Numbered from the stretch's first letter, positions 53,391 to 63,862 are shown. The stretch is 64,000 nucleotides of DNA from Planctomycetes bacterium ADurb.Bin069 (GCA_002070955.1 MWEK01000012.1:35514-99513), one strand, 5' to 3'. The notes: a model not told the origin generated them from the letters alone. Program-made: numbers and translations.

Positions 53391-54728
53391 ATGGAAAGCT
53401 CGCGGATCGAGGCGGCGCTGGCGAAAGCCGCCGAGACGAAGGTCTTCAAGACGGGGGCCGGCGTCCTCGCCGAAGTGCCAGCCGTGTTCAAGGCGTGCTT
53501 CGCCGGCCCGGCCGCCGTCGTCGCGGATGAGAACACCTGGCGCGCGGCGGGGGCGCGGGTCGATGCGGCCCTGAGGGCGGCGGGCATCGCCGCGGCGCCG
53601 CCCATCGTCTTCCCCGGCAGCCCGGTGCTTGCGGCCGACTACGCCCACAGCGCGGCGATCCGCGACCGGCTGCGGCCGACGGGCGCGACGCCCGTGGCCG
53701 TCGGCGCCGGCACCATCAACGACCTGGTCAAGCGCGCCGCTTTCGAGCTGGGGCGCCGCTGCATGGTCGCGGCCACCGCGGCGTCGGTGGACGGTTATTC
53801 GTCCTTTGCCGCGGCGCTGGCGGAAGACGGCTTCAAGAAGAGCATGGATTGTCCGGCGCCGTACGCCATCGTGGCGGACACGGAAGTTCTCCGCGCCGCG
53901 CCGCCCGCCATGACCGCGGCGGGCTACGGCGACCTCGCCGGGAAGATCACGGCGGGCGCCGACTGGATCATCGCGGATGAGCTCGGCCTCGATCCGATCG
54001 ATCCGGTGGGCTGGGACATGGTGCAGAGGGATCTGCGCTTGTGGCTGTGCGGACCGGGAAAGCTGGCGGCCGGCGATGCACGGGCGTTCGAGCTTCTCTT
54101 CGAGGGCCTGACGATGAGCGGCTTCGCCATGCAGGCCCTGCGCAAGTCGCGGCCGGCGTCGGGCGCCGAGCATCTCTTCAACCACATCTGGGAGATGGAG
54201 GGCCTGGCGAAGGACGGCACGACGGCGTCGCACGGATTCTGCGTCGCCATCGGCACCCTGGCCACGGCGGCGCTGATGGAAACCGTGTTCGCCGGCGGCG
54301 CGGGCCCGCCCGATCTCGCCGAGGCGGCGGCGCGCTATCCGACGTGGGAGGCGCGCGAGGCGGCGATCCGCGCCGCTTTCGGCGGCACGCGAATCCTGGA
54401 ACGCGTCTTGGAGGAAAGCCGCGCCAAGTTCCTCGATCCCGCGGGGCTGGCCGAGAGGCTGCGGCGCATTGAGGAGCGCTGGCCCAGCATGCGCCGCCGC
54501 GTGTTGGCGCAGCTCTATTCGTACCGCGAGCTCAGGCGCATGTTCCGCGAGGCCGGCTGCCCGGTCGCGCCCGAGGAGATCGGCCTCACGCGGGAACGCG
54601 CCGCCGGCGCCTTTCGCCTGGCCGAGAAGATCCGCAACCGCTACACGATCCTCGACCTAGCCGTCGAGCTGGGCATCCTCGACGCCTGCGTCGAGCGCAT
54701 CTTTCGGTCGCCGCACTACCTGCGCTGA
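53391..54728 (+). CDS. Iron-containing alcohol dehydrogenase / glycerol-1-phosphate dehydrogenase (AraM/EgsA)-like family protein
   Basis: ATG at 53391. The GAGTINDLVKRAA nucleotide-binding loop and the overall DHQS-like superfamily pattern. The subfamily assignment is tentative. Confidence 0.6.
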   Translation: MESSRIEAALAKAAETKVFKTGAGVLAEVPAVFKACFAGPAAVVADENTWRAAGARVDAALRAAGIAAAPPIVFPGSPVLAADYAHSAAIRDRLRPTGATPVAVGAGTINDLVKRAAFELGRRCMVAATAASVDGYSSFAAALAEDGFKKSMDCPAPYAIVADTEVLRAAPPAMTAAGYGDLAGKITAGADWIIADELGLDPIDPVGWDMVQRDLRLWLCGPGKLAAGDARAFELLFEGLTMSGFAMQALRKSRPASGAEHLFNHIWEMEGLAKDGTTASHGFCVAIGTLATAALMETVFAGGAGPPDLAEAAARYPTWEAREAAIRAAFGGTRILERVLEESRAKFLDPAGLAERLRRIEERWPSMRRRVLAQLYSYRELRRMFREAGCPVAPEEIGLTRERAAGAFRLAEKIRNRYTILDLAVELGILDACVERIFRSPHYLR

Positions 54729-55217
54729 AAGAGCGGCGCGCGGAAGGCGTGTGTTGCGGGACGCCCGGGGCGTTTCCAATAGCATCGTCGGCGATGAAAA
54801 CGCCAACGAGAAGTCCTATGGGTCGGGTAGCTGGCCACGCGAGCCGAGGGGCTCTACAACGTAAGGCCGAGGCAGCGGAACCGCTGACCTGCCGGGATGG
54901 CCGTCGGCCGGATAACGGCCGACGCCACGTGGCGTGCCGACGACGCTCCTGGCTTCTATTTTGCATTCTGGTATGATGTGAAGCAAGAGGCACACTGTGT
55001 CAACGGATTCGTAACCATTGTCAGATAGTGAGTCTCGGTCATGATGCTTCCACGGCGAGAAGTAGACCGGAGATGGGTGGGAGGTGCGAACACCGCCTCA
55101 AGTGAAGTGATAGGAGTGTCGGCTGAGGGGGAGTTCGCGCCTCCCCGCGCGATGCTTCGCTGGAGGGGATAGTTTTCCTCTTCGGTCTCTCTTTGACTGG
55201 TAAAGGGAACGGAGTGG

Positions 55218-56792
55218 ATGGACATGCGCGCCTTGAAGAACACAGAAGAGTCAAAATGTACCGATGTGGCAAGGGCCTACCGTCGAGCAGGAGTGCCAAA
55301 CGAAGCAAGGCGAAGCCCCGGACTCTTACAGCACATTGTACCGACAGAAGTCAGAGATTCCGAAGTTGGAGTCGTCCTTCTAGGTGTAACCCTTCTTTTT
55401 CTGGGGAGTATTCTGTGGGCCGAGGAGTCAAGAGACGTTTCGTCGCCTTCTGGGGAAGGGGAGCCCATCGCGAGAAACGCTGAGCTGAAGAAGACTATTT
55501 ATGAGTTACTGGAAACGTTAATCGAGGCGAAGACCGCGAAGGAGAACGTGGACGCTTTTGGTTCCCTTGTCGAAATGAACGAAAAAGGGGTAACGCCCAC
55601 CCTCCTAGCGATCTTCGAAGAGGCGGAGGACGATGTGGTTCTCCAGTGCACGATTCTGCGGGTACTCGGGGCAAGAAAGGACGAATCTGCGCTTCCAGCG
55701 TTACTGGCACTTGTCAAGGTCGGCACAGAGTCTGAAGAATTCAAGGTTCATCCCGATGTGATTTTTGTCGCATGCACGACTATTGGCATGATAGGGACTG
55801 AGAAAGAACTTCCCGAACTTATTGATATGTTCATTGCCACGGACGGGGCCGAGGCGAATCTTTCGCGTGCAATAGATTCAATACTGCACAGGCTCGAGGG
55901 CGCGGGCGAAAGCCCGGTCGTCGCGGGAGTGGGCCGAGCTAAGGGGTGGGCCAAAGCTAAGCTGCTCGTGCTACTGCGCTTCTTTCCAACCGAGACAGCT
56001 CTCCAGACCGTGCGTCAGTGCCTAAGTGACCCTGACCCCGTAGTCGTCAGTTGGGCGATACACGCTCTTGGGTATTGGCAAAATCGCGAGCCTTTGCCTG
56101 ACTTACTGAGAATTGCTGAAGATAGCAGCAACCGTTCGCGTCAACGACTGGCACTGAGCTGCTATATCGATCTGCTCATAAGGCCCGCGTACGACAGGCC
56201 TGCAGCCGAAACAGTGAAGCTCTTAGAGCAGGCCTTCCAGCGGACAGCTTCGCTGTACGATAAGGAGAGTATCATCAACTCGCTGCGCACATTTGCGTGC
56301 AAAGAGGCGCTTGTCCTTGCGCAGAGGTGCTCGGACGACGGTGAGTTTGGCAGCTCGGCAAAGGAGAGTGCGAAGAAGATCAAGGAGGTTCTTCAAGACA
56401 CAAGGTGCTCCGTCACCGCATCCCCTCATCCGGAGGATGCAGAGAAGGCTATTGACGGTGATATTACGACACGGTGGAGCACGGGGGAGATCACCCGCAC
56501 TGGCTGCGGGCCCGTGCCCTTCTTCCAGATCAACTTGGGGGGAGAAAGGGCATTGAAGCGGATCATTCTTGACGGTGGAGACTCCTCAGACGAGTATCCA
56601 AGATCGTTCAAGGTGTCTGCTTCATTCGATGGCGTTTCGAGTGCACCAGTACTCTCGATCACGTCCGAAGGAAATCCGACTTTGCTCGCATTTTCGAAAC
56701 CGATTTACGCGCGCTACGTGTGGATATCGCTGACAGGAGATTCTAGGCATTTCCCTTGGTCTATCCATGAGTTACTGGTTGAGCATGACTGA
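55218..56792 (+). CDS. Membrane-anchored HEAT-repeat protein with C-terminal F5/8 type C (discoidin)-like domain, in a lower-GC segment
   Basis: TM helix VGVVLLGVTLLFLGSILWA. HEAT-like repeats (…VLQCTILRVLGARKDESALPALLALV…DPDPVVVSWAIHALGY…). The C-terminal AIDGDITTRWSTGE…FPWSIHELLVEH is discoidin-like. Confidence 0.6.
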   Translation: MDMRALKNTEESKCTDVARAYRRAGVPNEARRSPGLLQHIVPTEVRDSEVGVVLLGVTLLFLGSILWAEESRDVSSPSGEGEPIARNAELKKTIYELLETLIEAKTAKENVDAFGSLVEMNEKGVTPTLLAIFEEAEDDVVLQCTILRVLGARKDESALPALLALVKVGTESEEFKVHPDVIFVACTTIGMIGTEKELPELIDMFIATDGAEANLSRAIDSILHRLEGAGESPVVAGVGRAKGWAKAKLLVLLRFFPTETALQTVRQCLSDPDPVVVSWAIHALGYWQNREPLPDLLRIAEDSSNRSRQRLALSCYIDLLIRPAYDRPAAETVKLLEQAFQRTASLYDKESIINSLRTFACKEALVLAQRCSDDGEFGSSAKESAKKIKEVLQDTRCSVTASPHPEDAEKAIDGDITTRWSTGEITRTGCGPVPFFQINLGGERALKRIILDGGDSSDEYPRSFKVSASFDGVSSAPVLSITSEGNPTLLAFSKPIYARYVWISLTGDSRHFPWSIHELLVEHD

Positions 56793-57433
56793 TGCTTTAT
56801 GCTCCTTGCCCCCCGTGTCAGGATGGTTGTCGGGCGGGGTGAAACCGCTGGGACGCCATCGACGTTCCGGCATCGGGCCCAACCGCGCTCTCCCCGCCCG
56901 CCAGGCGGCCAGCGCATCTCGGGCCTGCTCCAGCTTGGGATCGTTGATTTCGAATCGTCGCTGCATCGGCGGTCCTCCCTGATGTCAAAAGGTCCGCCGT
57001 AAAGGTTACAGCCCGGACGCCACCAAAACACGCAGGCTTGCCGAAAACTCACTTCAGATCCGCGAGAGGGCGGCGAGGCGGGGGCGCGAACGAGCGCGTA
57101 GACCGGCCATGCGGCCGGAGCCGCGGGCGAGCCTGACCAGGTCTACGACATCCACGGCGACTCATTAAATTCCGACAATGGGTGTCTCAAAGTCATTGAC
57201 ACATACCGCGTCTTCGTGTTAAGGTGCTATCAGCTTTGCTGACCGCGTACTGCAAGAAACGCTCGGCTGCCGAGTAATCTCAGTCGCCGTTCTTAGTAGC
57301 AGTGAGTCTCGCATGGCTCTTGACTTTGTCTATTGGGCGTCCTCTCTGCGTTCCAGGGAGGACCCACGCAGGGGCCCTACCGTGCCGCCTTCCTTTATTC
57401 GTCGCTTGAAGAAGCGCACCTCAATTCGTCTCT

Positions 57434-57446
57434 GGGGGGGGGGGGG
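57434..57446. repeat. Homopolymeric G tract (13 nt) in the intergenic region
   Basis: tct-GGGGGGGGGGGGG-caat; a second G6 run lies at about 57519. It is about 165 nt upstream of the small secreted-protein gene. Confidence 0.8.
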
Positions 57447-57612
57447 CAATACAACGTCATCTTCACGCGGCTTGTCGGCCCCGTATCACGTATAGCCGGC
57501 GTAGTCCAGTAGACGTCTTCTGGGGGGTGTTTCGGGTTCGAGACCCACCTTCTTCACAAGAAACTGCTATTCGTGGCTAAGTTTAAGCTCATAGCATCCA
57601 AGAAGAAGGTGG

Positions 57613-58083
57613 ATGTATTGTATGAGGCATTTCGTTTTCGCCATCTGTGTCGCTGCGCTGCTTGGCAGCTCCGCAGGCACACTCCTCGCACAGACTAATT
57701 GCTCGGATCTGACGATGTCCCTGCCATATGGCGGCCCACACACCACATGGTGGTGTCGGCCCGCGCCGCATGAGTTTCACTGGGATACCGCGCTTATCCG
57801 TGTGAAGAACGACGCCTACGGCAACGGCTACATCTGCGTCTGGGCGGATGTGTCTAGCATGTGGAATGTGAAGAGCTGGGATATCTTCTCTTACACACCG
57901 TCTAGGGACGACTGCATCAACACCCCTGCTCGTGGGTACACCGAATGGGGGTACACGCAGTTCCGGAATGACTGGAGGGCGAGCGCAGCCGCCACCGTGT
58001 ACATAGCATTCCCTTGCACGGCTGCACAGAGTCAACAAGAGGGGAAACATCTCGACCTTTTGTGGACGGAAACAAGGCCCTAA
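57613..58083 (+). CDS. Small secreted Cys-containing protein (156 aa), unknown function, lower-GC codon usage
   Basis: ATG at 57613 with AAGGTGG upstream. Signal peptide MYCMRHFVFAICVAALLGSSAGTLLAQT. Five Cys in the mature part. Trp/Tyr-rich. Confidence 0.55.
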   Translation: MYCMRHFVFAICVAALLGSSAGTLLAQTNCSDLTMSLPYGGPHTTWWCRPAPHEFHWDTALIRVKNDAYGNGYICVWADVSSMWNVKSWDIFSYTPSRDDCINTPARGYTEWGYTQFRNDWRASAAATVYIAFPCTAAQSQQEGKHLDLLWTETRP

Positions 58084-58167
58084 TTGACGCTACCACCAGG
58101 GCCCCGCTGCCGTACGGGTTTCGGGGCCCTGGAGACTTGTGCGCAGCAACAAACGGGAAAAAACGCC

Positions 58168-60261
58168 ATGCACAGGAATGTTCTTCTCGCGGGGGTGGCG
58201 ATCGTCGCCTCGGGGCTCGCGCTCTTTCTTCTTGTCCGTGTACAACGCTGCGACCACGAGACGCCGCGTACGCCGCCCGATGAGTTCGTACGTGTAGAGG
58301 AACTTCCACGGCGACCTCCAGACGAGAACCGGCACACGGAAACGCACGGATCCGAAGCGGCACCGGCACTGATCACGGTATACGATTTCTTCACCAAGGA
58401 TCCCATTTCGAGCGAGCTGACAAGCGCCGACCAAGTGATTCGAACGTCACCTGCGGGCGACGCTGTCCTCATGTTGTTGCAGCCGCCGCACGAGGTAATC
58501 GCCAAGGCCGACGGCTATGTTCCGGGGAGGTTCATGCTTCCCGATGAAATCCGGGAGGCGCGCCTTCCTCTGGTGCCGGCGGATCCCCATCGAGTATTCG
58601 TCACGGACACAGACTCCCATGATCCGGTTGTGCATGCCCAAGTCCGGCTGTGGTTGGATGGGGCTGTGATCGCGGAGGCGAGAACGGACGAAGGCGGCAG
58701 GGCGATGGTCTCGCGTGGCGAGATCTTCTGCGATTTGCGAGCCGGGGAAACCGGCGACGTTGCGTTGAGACGACTTCGGTGGAACCGAGAAACCACGGCC
58801 ATGGGCTACATGCCGGATGAAGAACTCGAGACAGTCGTCTCGTTCGGCACAAGGGAGGGAGACGCCCTTGTCGAACTGGAGCCCGTGTGGACTCTCCAGG
58901 GGCTGGTTATCGATCCGAACGGGCGCCCTATGCCCGACGCACATGTCTTGTGGACGTGGAATCTGGTCAAAGGACTTGGTTCCGTATTTCGCGACGGAGA
59001 AGCGGTCACCGATTCGCAAGGGCATTTTACCTGGGAGGGGCCGCGGACTACCCAGCAGACGATGGTACTCGCCTGTCATCCCCAATACGGCTACACCTGG
59101 CAACAGGTACGCTATCCCTTCACGCATTCCGAAACAGGGCTCGTTCTGCGTCTGAACGACGCCTGCTCGCTGGAGGGCACCGTGACCCAGAACGACAACT
59201 TGCCCCTGGCGCAGGCAATGATCATGCTGGAGCCGCTCGATCATCCGAATCTCCGCAGGTCCGCAGTCAGGTGTATTCTGCGCTCGTCGGCATTGCGGTC
59301 CTTCAGCGAAAGCACGGGTCAAGAGGGACGGTTCCTCTTCCGGGGCCTTCCGCCCGGGCGCTATCGTGTTGTCTGCATGCACCCAGGACTCGTACTGGAC
59401 ATGGAGACTCCGATAACCGTCACACTCCCGTATGCAGGCCCTGTCACGATTAGGATGCGGCCCGGAGGAATGCGGATACGGGGCTTGGTATTGTCGACCG
59501 AGGGGGATCCCATCCCGGGCGCCATCGTCGATGTCATGAGGCGCAACGTAAACAGCGGGACGCCGGCCTTCTTCAAGCTGCCCGTTCACGTCGACGGGAG
59601 CTTCGAGTTGTCGGACCTGGAGGATGGGCCCTACCTCGTGGGCGCTTCGGCCATAGGTTTCTCCGGCGATCCCGTTGAAGTCAAACCCGGAAACACCGAT
59701 GACGTGCTGGTGGTTCTGGCCAGGACCACGGGACCGGATCCGACCCCCGGCGAAGAAGTGTCTCTCCCGATACGAATCGACTACCAGGGTGCGTTGCCCA
59801 CGCTGCAGTTCCTCGAGATAGCGGTGTGCTCGGCGTCACACACGTGTCGACTCGTGGCGGTACGCGTTGAACGAGGGTCGGCCGAGCTGCGGCTTGCACC
59901 AGGTACATGGGATATCGTGACGAGCGCGTATGGGTTCGCTCCCGAGGTTATCCGCGGGGTGACCGTCCCCGCGCCGGAACCGCTTTCTGTCACGCTACGG
60001 CCGGCACCGACATGGGCGGGCAGGATCGAGGCAGAAGGCCCCGAAACACCGGACCTGCTTGCGGTGATCGACAGGGATGGCCGCCGTTTGCGACAGGTGG
60101 CGCTTGGGCCCGATGGCGACTTTCTCATCCACGGTCTCCCGCCCGGCCTCCACACGTTCAGGGCATGGACGAACCTCGGACGCCAGTGGCGCGGAGAAGT
60201 TAATCTGGAGCGCGGTTGCGAAGATGAGGTTGTCGTGACCCTGAAGAGGGCCGATAATTGA
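58168..60261 (+). CDS. N-terminally membrane-anchored protein with multiple carboxypeptidase-regulatory-like (prealbumin-fold) domains
   Basis: ATG at 58168. TM segment LLAGVAIVASGLALFLLV. Repeated segments of the type GLVIDPNGRPMPDAHV...TDSQGHFTW and GLVLSTEGDPIPGAIVDV...VDGSFEL. Confidence 0.6.
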   Translation: MHRNVLLAGVAIVASGLALFLLVRVQRCDHETPRTPPDEFVRVEELPRRPPDENRHTETHGSEAAPALITVYDFFTKDPISSELTSADQVIRTSPAGDAVLMLLQPPHEVIAKADGYVPGRFMLPDEIREARLPLVPADPHRVFVTDTDSHDPVVHAQVRLWLDGAVIAEARTDEGGRAMVSRGEIFCDLRAGETGDVALRRLRWNRETTAMGYMPDEELETVVSFGTREGDALVELEPVWTLQGLVIDPNGRPMPDAHVLWTWNLVKGLGSVFRDGEAVTDSQGHFTWEGPRTTQQTMVLACHPQYGYTWQQVRYPFTHSETGLVLRLNDACSLEGTVTQNDNLPLAQAMIMLEPLDHPNLRRSAVRCILRSSALRSFSESTGQEGRFLFRGLPPGRYRVVCMHPGLVLDMETPITVTLPYAGPVTIRMRPGGMRIRGLVLSTEGDPIPGAIVDVMRRNVNSGTPAFFKLPVHVDGSFELSDLEDGPYLVGASAIGFSGDPVEVKPGNTDDVLVVLARTTGPDPTPGEEVSLPIRIDYQGALPTLQFLEIAVCSASHTCRLVAVRVERGSAELRLAPGTWDIVTSAYGFAPEVIRGVTVPAPEPLSVTLRPAPTWAGRIEAEGPETPDLLAVIDRDGRRLRQVALGPDGDFLIHGLPPGLHTFRAWTNLGRQWRGEVNLERGCEDEVVVTLKRADN

Positions 60262-60277
60262 CCGAGCGAGGACAAAT

Positions 60278-63200
60278 ATGCTAGTCATGCCGAAGTCGAA
60301 GCTGGCCTGGAGGATCGGTGGTGTGCTGCTGCTGTCATTGCCGCTCGCGCGCGGGGAGTCCTCGCTCTGGCCTTTCGCATTGCCGGCGGTCCCGTCGATG
60401 GAATCGTCATCGCATCTCACGGGCGTGCCGGTGGGGGATTTCGACGGCGATGGGTTTACCGATTTCCTGTTCCTGAGGGACAGCCGGTCGCGGATGCCGT
60501 TCACCTTGGTCTACGGCGGGAACATCGACAGCCCCTGCATGGACATCGAAGCCGGCGAGCTCCGGTCGACGGAATTCACGTGGGGTGGCGGCGGATTCGA
60601 TGTTTCCTACTCCCTGGTCTACGGACATGGCGACATCAACGGCGATGGCATGGAGGATCTGATTCTCGGGTACTTCTTCGACTACGTGGATCCCGGTGCC
60701 ATGAAGACGTTCGTCGTCGTCGTCTTTGGAAGCGACCTATCGGCCGAGAGCGTCGTCGACCTTGCGCGGGTCGAGGCGAATGGCACCGGCTTCGTTCTCT
60801 GCCTGGACACCTCCTCGGAGGTCCTCCCCGACATCTGGACGTGCAGCGCGACTCACGTTCCTGCCGTGGGAGACTTTAACGGCGATGGCATCGATGATTT
60901 CGCGCTATGGCGGCCGACATGCTTCGAAAAGGGAAGCGCCGTGAAGCTCTTCCTGTGTCTCGGCCAGGCACGGTGGCCGTCCCGGGTGTCGATCGACGAG
61001 TTGGTGTCCGCGGGGAAGGCCGTTCTCGTCGATTGCGTCGATGCGGCGGGATCGGAGGGGCTCGGGTCGGCGAAGTACCATCGGGTGGTTCCCGTCGGCG
61101 ACCTCGACGGCGATGGCCGCGCGGAGCTCGCGTGGGCGGTGGCGGATTCCATGTACGAGGAGGGAGGCGGCATGAGCGCCGCCTCGTGGATCATATGGGG
61201 TTGCGCCGATCTCTCCGCGCTGGTGGGGACCGCATGGATCGACCTTGTGGCCCAAGGGCGGGCGTCGTCCTTCAGGAACCTGGTTCTGACGGGTTCGGCC
61301 GGAGACATGGACGGGGACGGGTTCGGCGATGCCCTCGCGTTCACCGTTCCCGAGAAGGATCCCAATCAGGCGACGTTCGACTCCGGGCAAAGCGAAGGAA
61401 TCGTGATATACGGAGGGACGCGGCAGTCCATGTCTCCGGCCGGTGGCCTGGAGTGGCTGAATCCGGGCGTCAACTGTACGAGGCTTCCCCCGTTGCCCGC
61501 GACGCCGCGGTACTTCCCCGCGGGCGTGCGGCACATGGCGGGAGGGACGGATCTCGACGGCGACGGCATTCCCGATATTGCCCTGGCCAACAGTTCTCTC
61601 GAAATCGCCTATGGCGAGTTCCGTGCCGGTAGGGCGGGGCAGGTCCTCCTGGTCGCAGGAGTGAGGGGCAGGCCGGTGACGATCGCGGCAGACGCCGGCT
61701 CCGGCATGCTGTGGGCCGGCACGGACCACTGGGAACGCCTTGGTGCTCCGCTGTCCTTCTCATCTCGCCGGAGCAACGGCGCCGAACCCTTTCTCTATGC
61801 GGTTGCGGGGGCGAGGCTGGACATCCATGGATACGCCGACAGCCTCTCGTCGTCGATGCCGTTACGTGTCGCGTGCGTTCCCCAGGGCGCAGGCGTTCCG
61901 GCATCGCTTGCCGTCAGTCACTGGCGCGGCGTTTCGAGCTACAGAATCATGATCGTCGGTGCCGGATTCTGCGAGGGGGTCGAGGTGTTCTTCGGCGGAG
62001 TTGCGGGACACGATATGGTGATCGTAAGCCCTTGCTGCCTGCTTGTCACCGCACCGCCGGGCACGGCGGGCGAGGAAGTCGACATCACGGTGCGGCAGAG
62101 CGGCAAGGACATAGTCCTGCCAAGCCTGTACGTGTATCCGGTCACGTCTCCGACGCGTTCCCTGTCGCTCGACCGGCTCGTCTCCGCGGGCAAGGCGCAT
62201 CGGTTCGCATTCGAAGATGCAAGCGCCGACGCATACACGTGCATTCCCGTCGGAGATGTGAACGCCGACGGCGTCGAGGAGATCGCCATCGGCGTCGCGC
62301 GCGCGGATACGGACGCAATCTGGCTTCTGCCGTGCGATGCGCGGCTCGCGCCATCCACGGCGGTGTTCGCTTCCGAGGCGCCTGTCGTGGCGCGAGTCTC
62401 GGGGGCGACTCCCGGGATGCGCCTCGGTACGCCTGTCGCCGCGGCCGATCTCGACGGCGATGGGGTCTCCGATATCGTATGCACGGGGTGGACCAGTGCA
62501 GAGGGAGGTTTTGCGTGCGTCGTGTTCGGCGGATCGCATCTGCAAGGCGATGTCGCGATCGACTCCGGCATGGGAGTCTTGCAGCTCGGGCCAACCGCCG
62601 GCGTGTCCTACCCGGTGGTGCAGCTCGCAGGCGACATCGACGGCGATGGGACGGCTGATCTCGTCCTCGGACTCGTCACACGAGGCGTCAACTCTGTCTT
62701 CGTGCTGTACGGCGGCGCTCAATTAAGGTCGCTGGGGCGCATTGGTCTCGATGCTGTGCCGGCGGCGTCCGCGGGCGCGAGGATCCTTCCAGGAACCGCG
62801 CTCGTCATGTTCGGCGATCATCTCGGAGACGGGAATATCGGCGCCGGGCTGATGTTCGCCGACCAGTTCGGCGTCCTTGCGTGGGGGGAGAAGCTGACGG
62901 GCGAGTTGGAGGCGTCGGAGCTCTGCGTCGAGCGAAGGGTGTCTTCGCCATTCTACATCGATCATTGCGGGGGGCTCACGGGTATTGCCCCCGGTCCTGT
63001 CGACTTCGACGGAGATGGACGGCCCGATCTCGTGGCCTGCAAGCCGTCCTTCTTCACGGAAATGGTGGGCGCTTCCCTTGTCGGCGTGGTGGGTTTTTTC
63101 TCCGGAGAGTTTCTCGACTTCCCATCCGGGCGCTTCGATTTGGGCACATACCTAGGGTGGCTGGTGCAGGGCATGGGGCAGATGACGGGTACGCCTCGAT

Positions 63201-63862
63201 ACTATGTCGGGGACGCGGTCACATCGGTCGGCGACCTGAACGGAGACAGTCGTACCGACTTCGTGGTCCTGTGCGCCGACCGATTGGATGCGGAGAAAGG
63301 GGCTCGCGGCGTCGCGCTGCTGCTCCTCGGCGACGCGAGTTGGTCCGGTGGCGTCTCGTGCGATGTGGAAAGCGTGGGCGGCGTCGGGGTCTTCCTCGAT
63401 ACCGCCTCGCGACTGAGCGCGCGGCCGCTGTATCAGACCGCCTCGCGCGACGTGAACGACGACGGGCTCGACGATTTCGTGGTCGCGTTCAGCGCGGGTC
63501 CCTACAGCAAGTGGAACGCCGTGCCTCTCTCCGAGGCGTATCTTGTCCTGGGCTCCGTGACCCCGTACTGGGATCTCGTCCGCGAGATGTTCCAGCGCGC
63601 CGATGTGAACGACGATGGCAAGGTCGACATCGCCGACGCCATCTTCATCCTGGGCTATCTGTTCGCTTGGGGCGCCGTTCCGGGGTGCGTCGATGCGGCC
63701 GATGCCAATGACGATGGCAAGGTCGACATCGCCGACGTCATCGCCATCCTAGGGCATCTTTTCGCGAACAGCGGTCCTCTGCCGGCGCCATTCGGCGAGT
63801 GCGGAACCGATCCCACGGACGATACGCTGGGATGCTTTGAGTACTCCCACTGCGAACCGTGA
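60278..63862 (+). CDS. Large secreted FG-GAP/VCBS-repeat (beta-propeller) protein with C-terminal dockerin-like double repeat
   Basis: Signal peptide. At least 12 repeats of the xDxNGDGxxDx type (GDFDGDGFTDF, GDINGDGMEDL, GDLDGDGRAELA, DLDGDGIPDIA, GDIDGDGTADLV ...). The C-terminus ADVNDDGKVDIADAIFILGYLF / ADANDDGKVDIADVIAILGHLF is dockerin-like. Confidence 0.75.
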   Translation: MLVMPKSKLAWRIGGVLLLSLPLARGESSLWPFALPAVPSMESSSHLTGVPVGDFDGDGFTDFLFLRDSRSRMPFTLVYGGNIDSPCMDIEAGELRSTEFTWGGGGFDVSYSLVYGHGDINGDGMEDLILGYFFDYVDPGAMKTFVVVVFGSDLSAESVVDLARVEANGTGFVLCLDTSSEVLPDIWTCSATHVPAVGDFNGDGIDDFALWRPTCFEKGSAVKLFLCLGQARWPSRVSIDELVSAGKAVLVDCVDAAGSEGLGSAKYHRVVPVGDLDGDGRAELAWAVADSMYEEGGGMSAASWIIWGCADLSALVGTAWIDLVAQGRASSFRNLVLTGSAGDMDGDGFGDALAFTVPEKDPNQATFDSGQSEGIVIYGGTRQSMSPAGGLEWLNPGVNCTRLPPLPATPRYFPAGVRHMAGGTDLDGDGIPDIALANSSLEIAYGEFRAGRAGQVLLVAGVRGRPVTIAADAGSGMLWAGTDHWERLGAPLSFSSRRSNGAEPFLYAVAGARLDIHGYADSLSSSMPLRVACVPQGAGVPASLAVSHWRGVSSYRIMIVGAGFCEGVEVFFGGVAGHDMVIVSPCCLLVTAPPGTAGEEVDITVRQSGKDIVLPSLYVYPVTSPTRSLSLDRLVSAGKAHRFAFEDASADAYTCIPVGDVNADGVEEIAIGVARADTDAIWLLPCDARLAPSTAVFASEAPVVARVSGATPGMRLGTPVAAADLDGDGVSDIVCTGWTSAEGGFACVVFGGSHLQGDVAIDSGMGVLQLGPTAGVSYPVVQLAGDIDGDGTADLVLGLVTRGVNSVFVLYGGAQLRSLGRIGLDAVPAASAGARILPGTALVMFGDHLGDGNIGAGLMFADQFGVLAWGEKLTGELEASELCVERRVSSPFYIDHCGGLTGIAPGPVDFDGDGRPDLVACKPSFFTEMVGASLVGVVGFFSGEFLDFPSGRFDLGTYLGWLVQGMGQMTGTPRYYVGDAVTSVGDLNGDSRTDFVVLCADRLDAEKGARGVALLLLGDASWSGGVSCDVESVGGVGVFLDTASRLSARPLYQTASRDVNDDGLDDFVVAFSAGPYSKWNAVPLSEAYLVLGSVTPYWDLVREMFQRADVNDDGKVDIADAIFILGYLFAWGAVPGCVDAADANDDGKVDIADVIAILGHLFANSGPLPAPFGECGTDPTDDTLGCFEYSHCEP

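Noticed and set aside
57313-57495. 60-aa ORF spanning the poly-G tract
   Set aside because: The translation is dominated by the homopolymer (GGGG), with no RBS, so it is likely non-coding.
57519-57549. tRNA 3'-end-like fragment (ttcGGGTTCGAGaCCCacc) as a possible island att site
   Set aside because: Only a 3-bp T-stem can be drawn. There is no acceptor or CCA context, and no matching copy was found at the other border of the low-GC segment.
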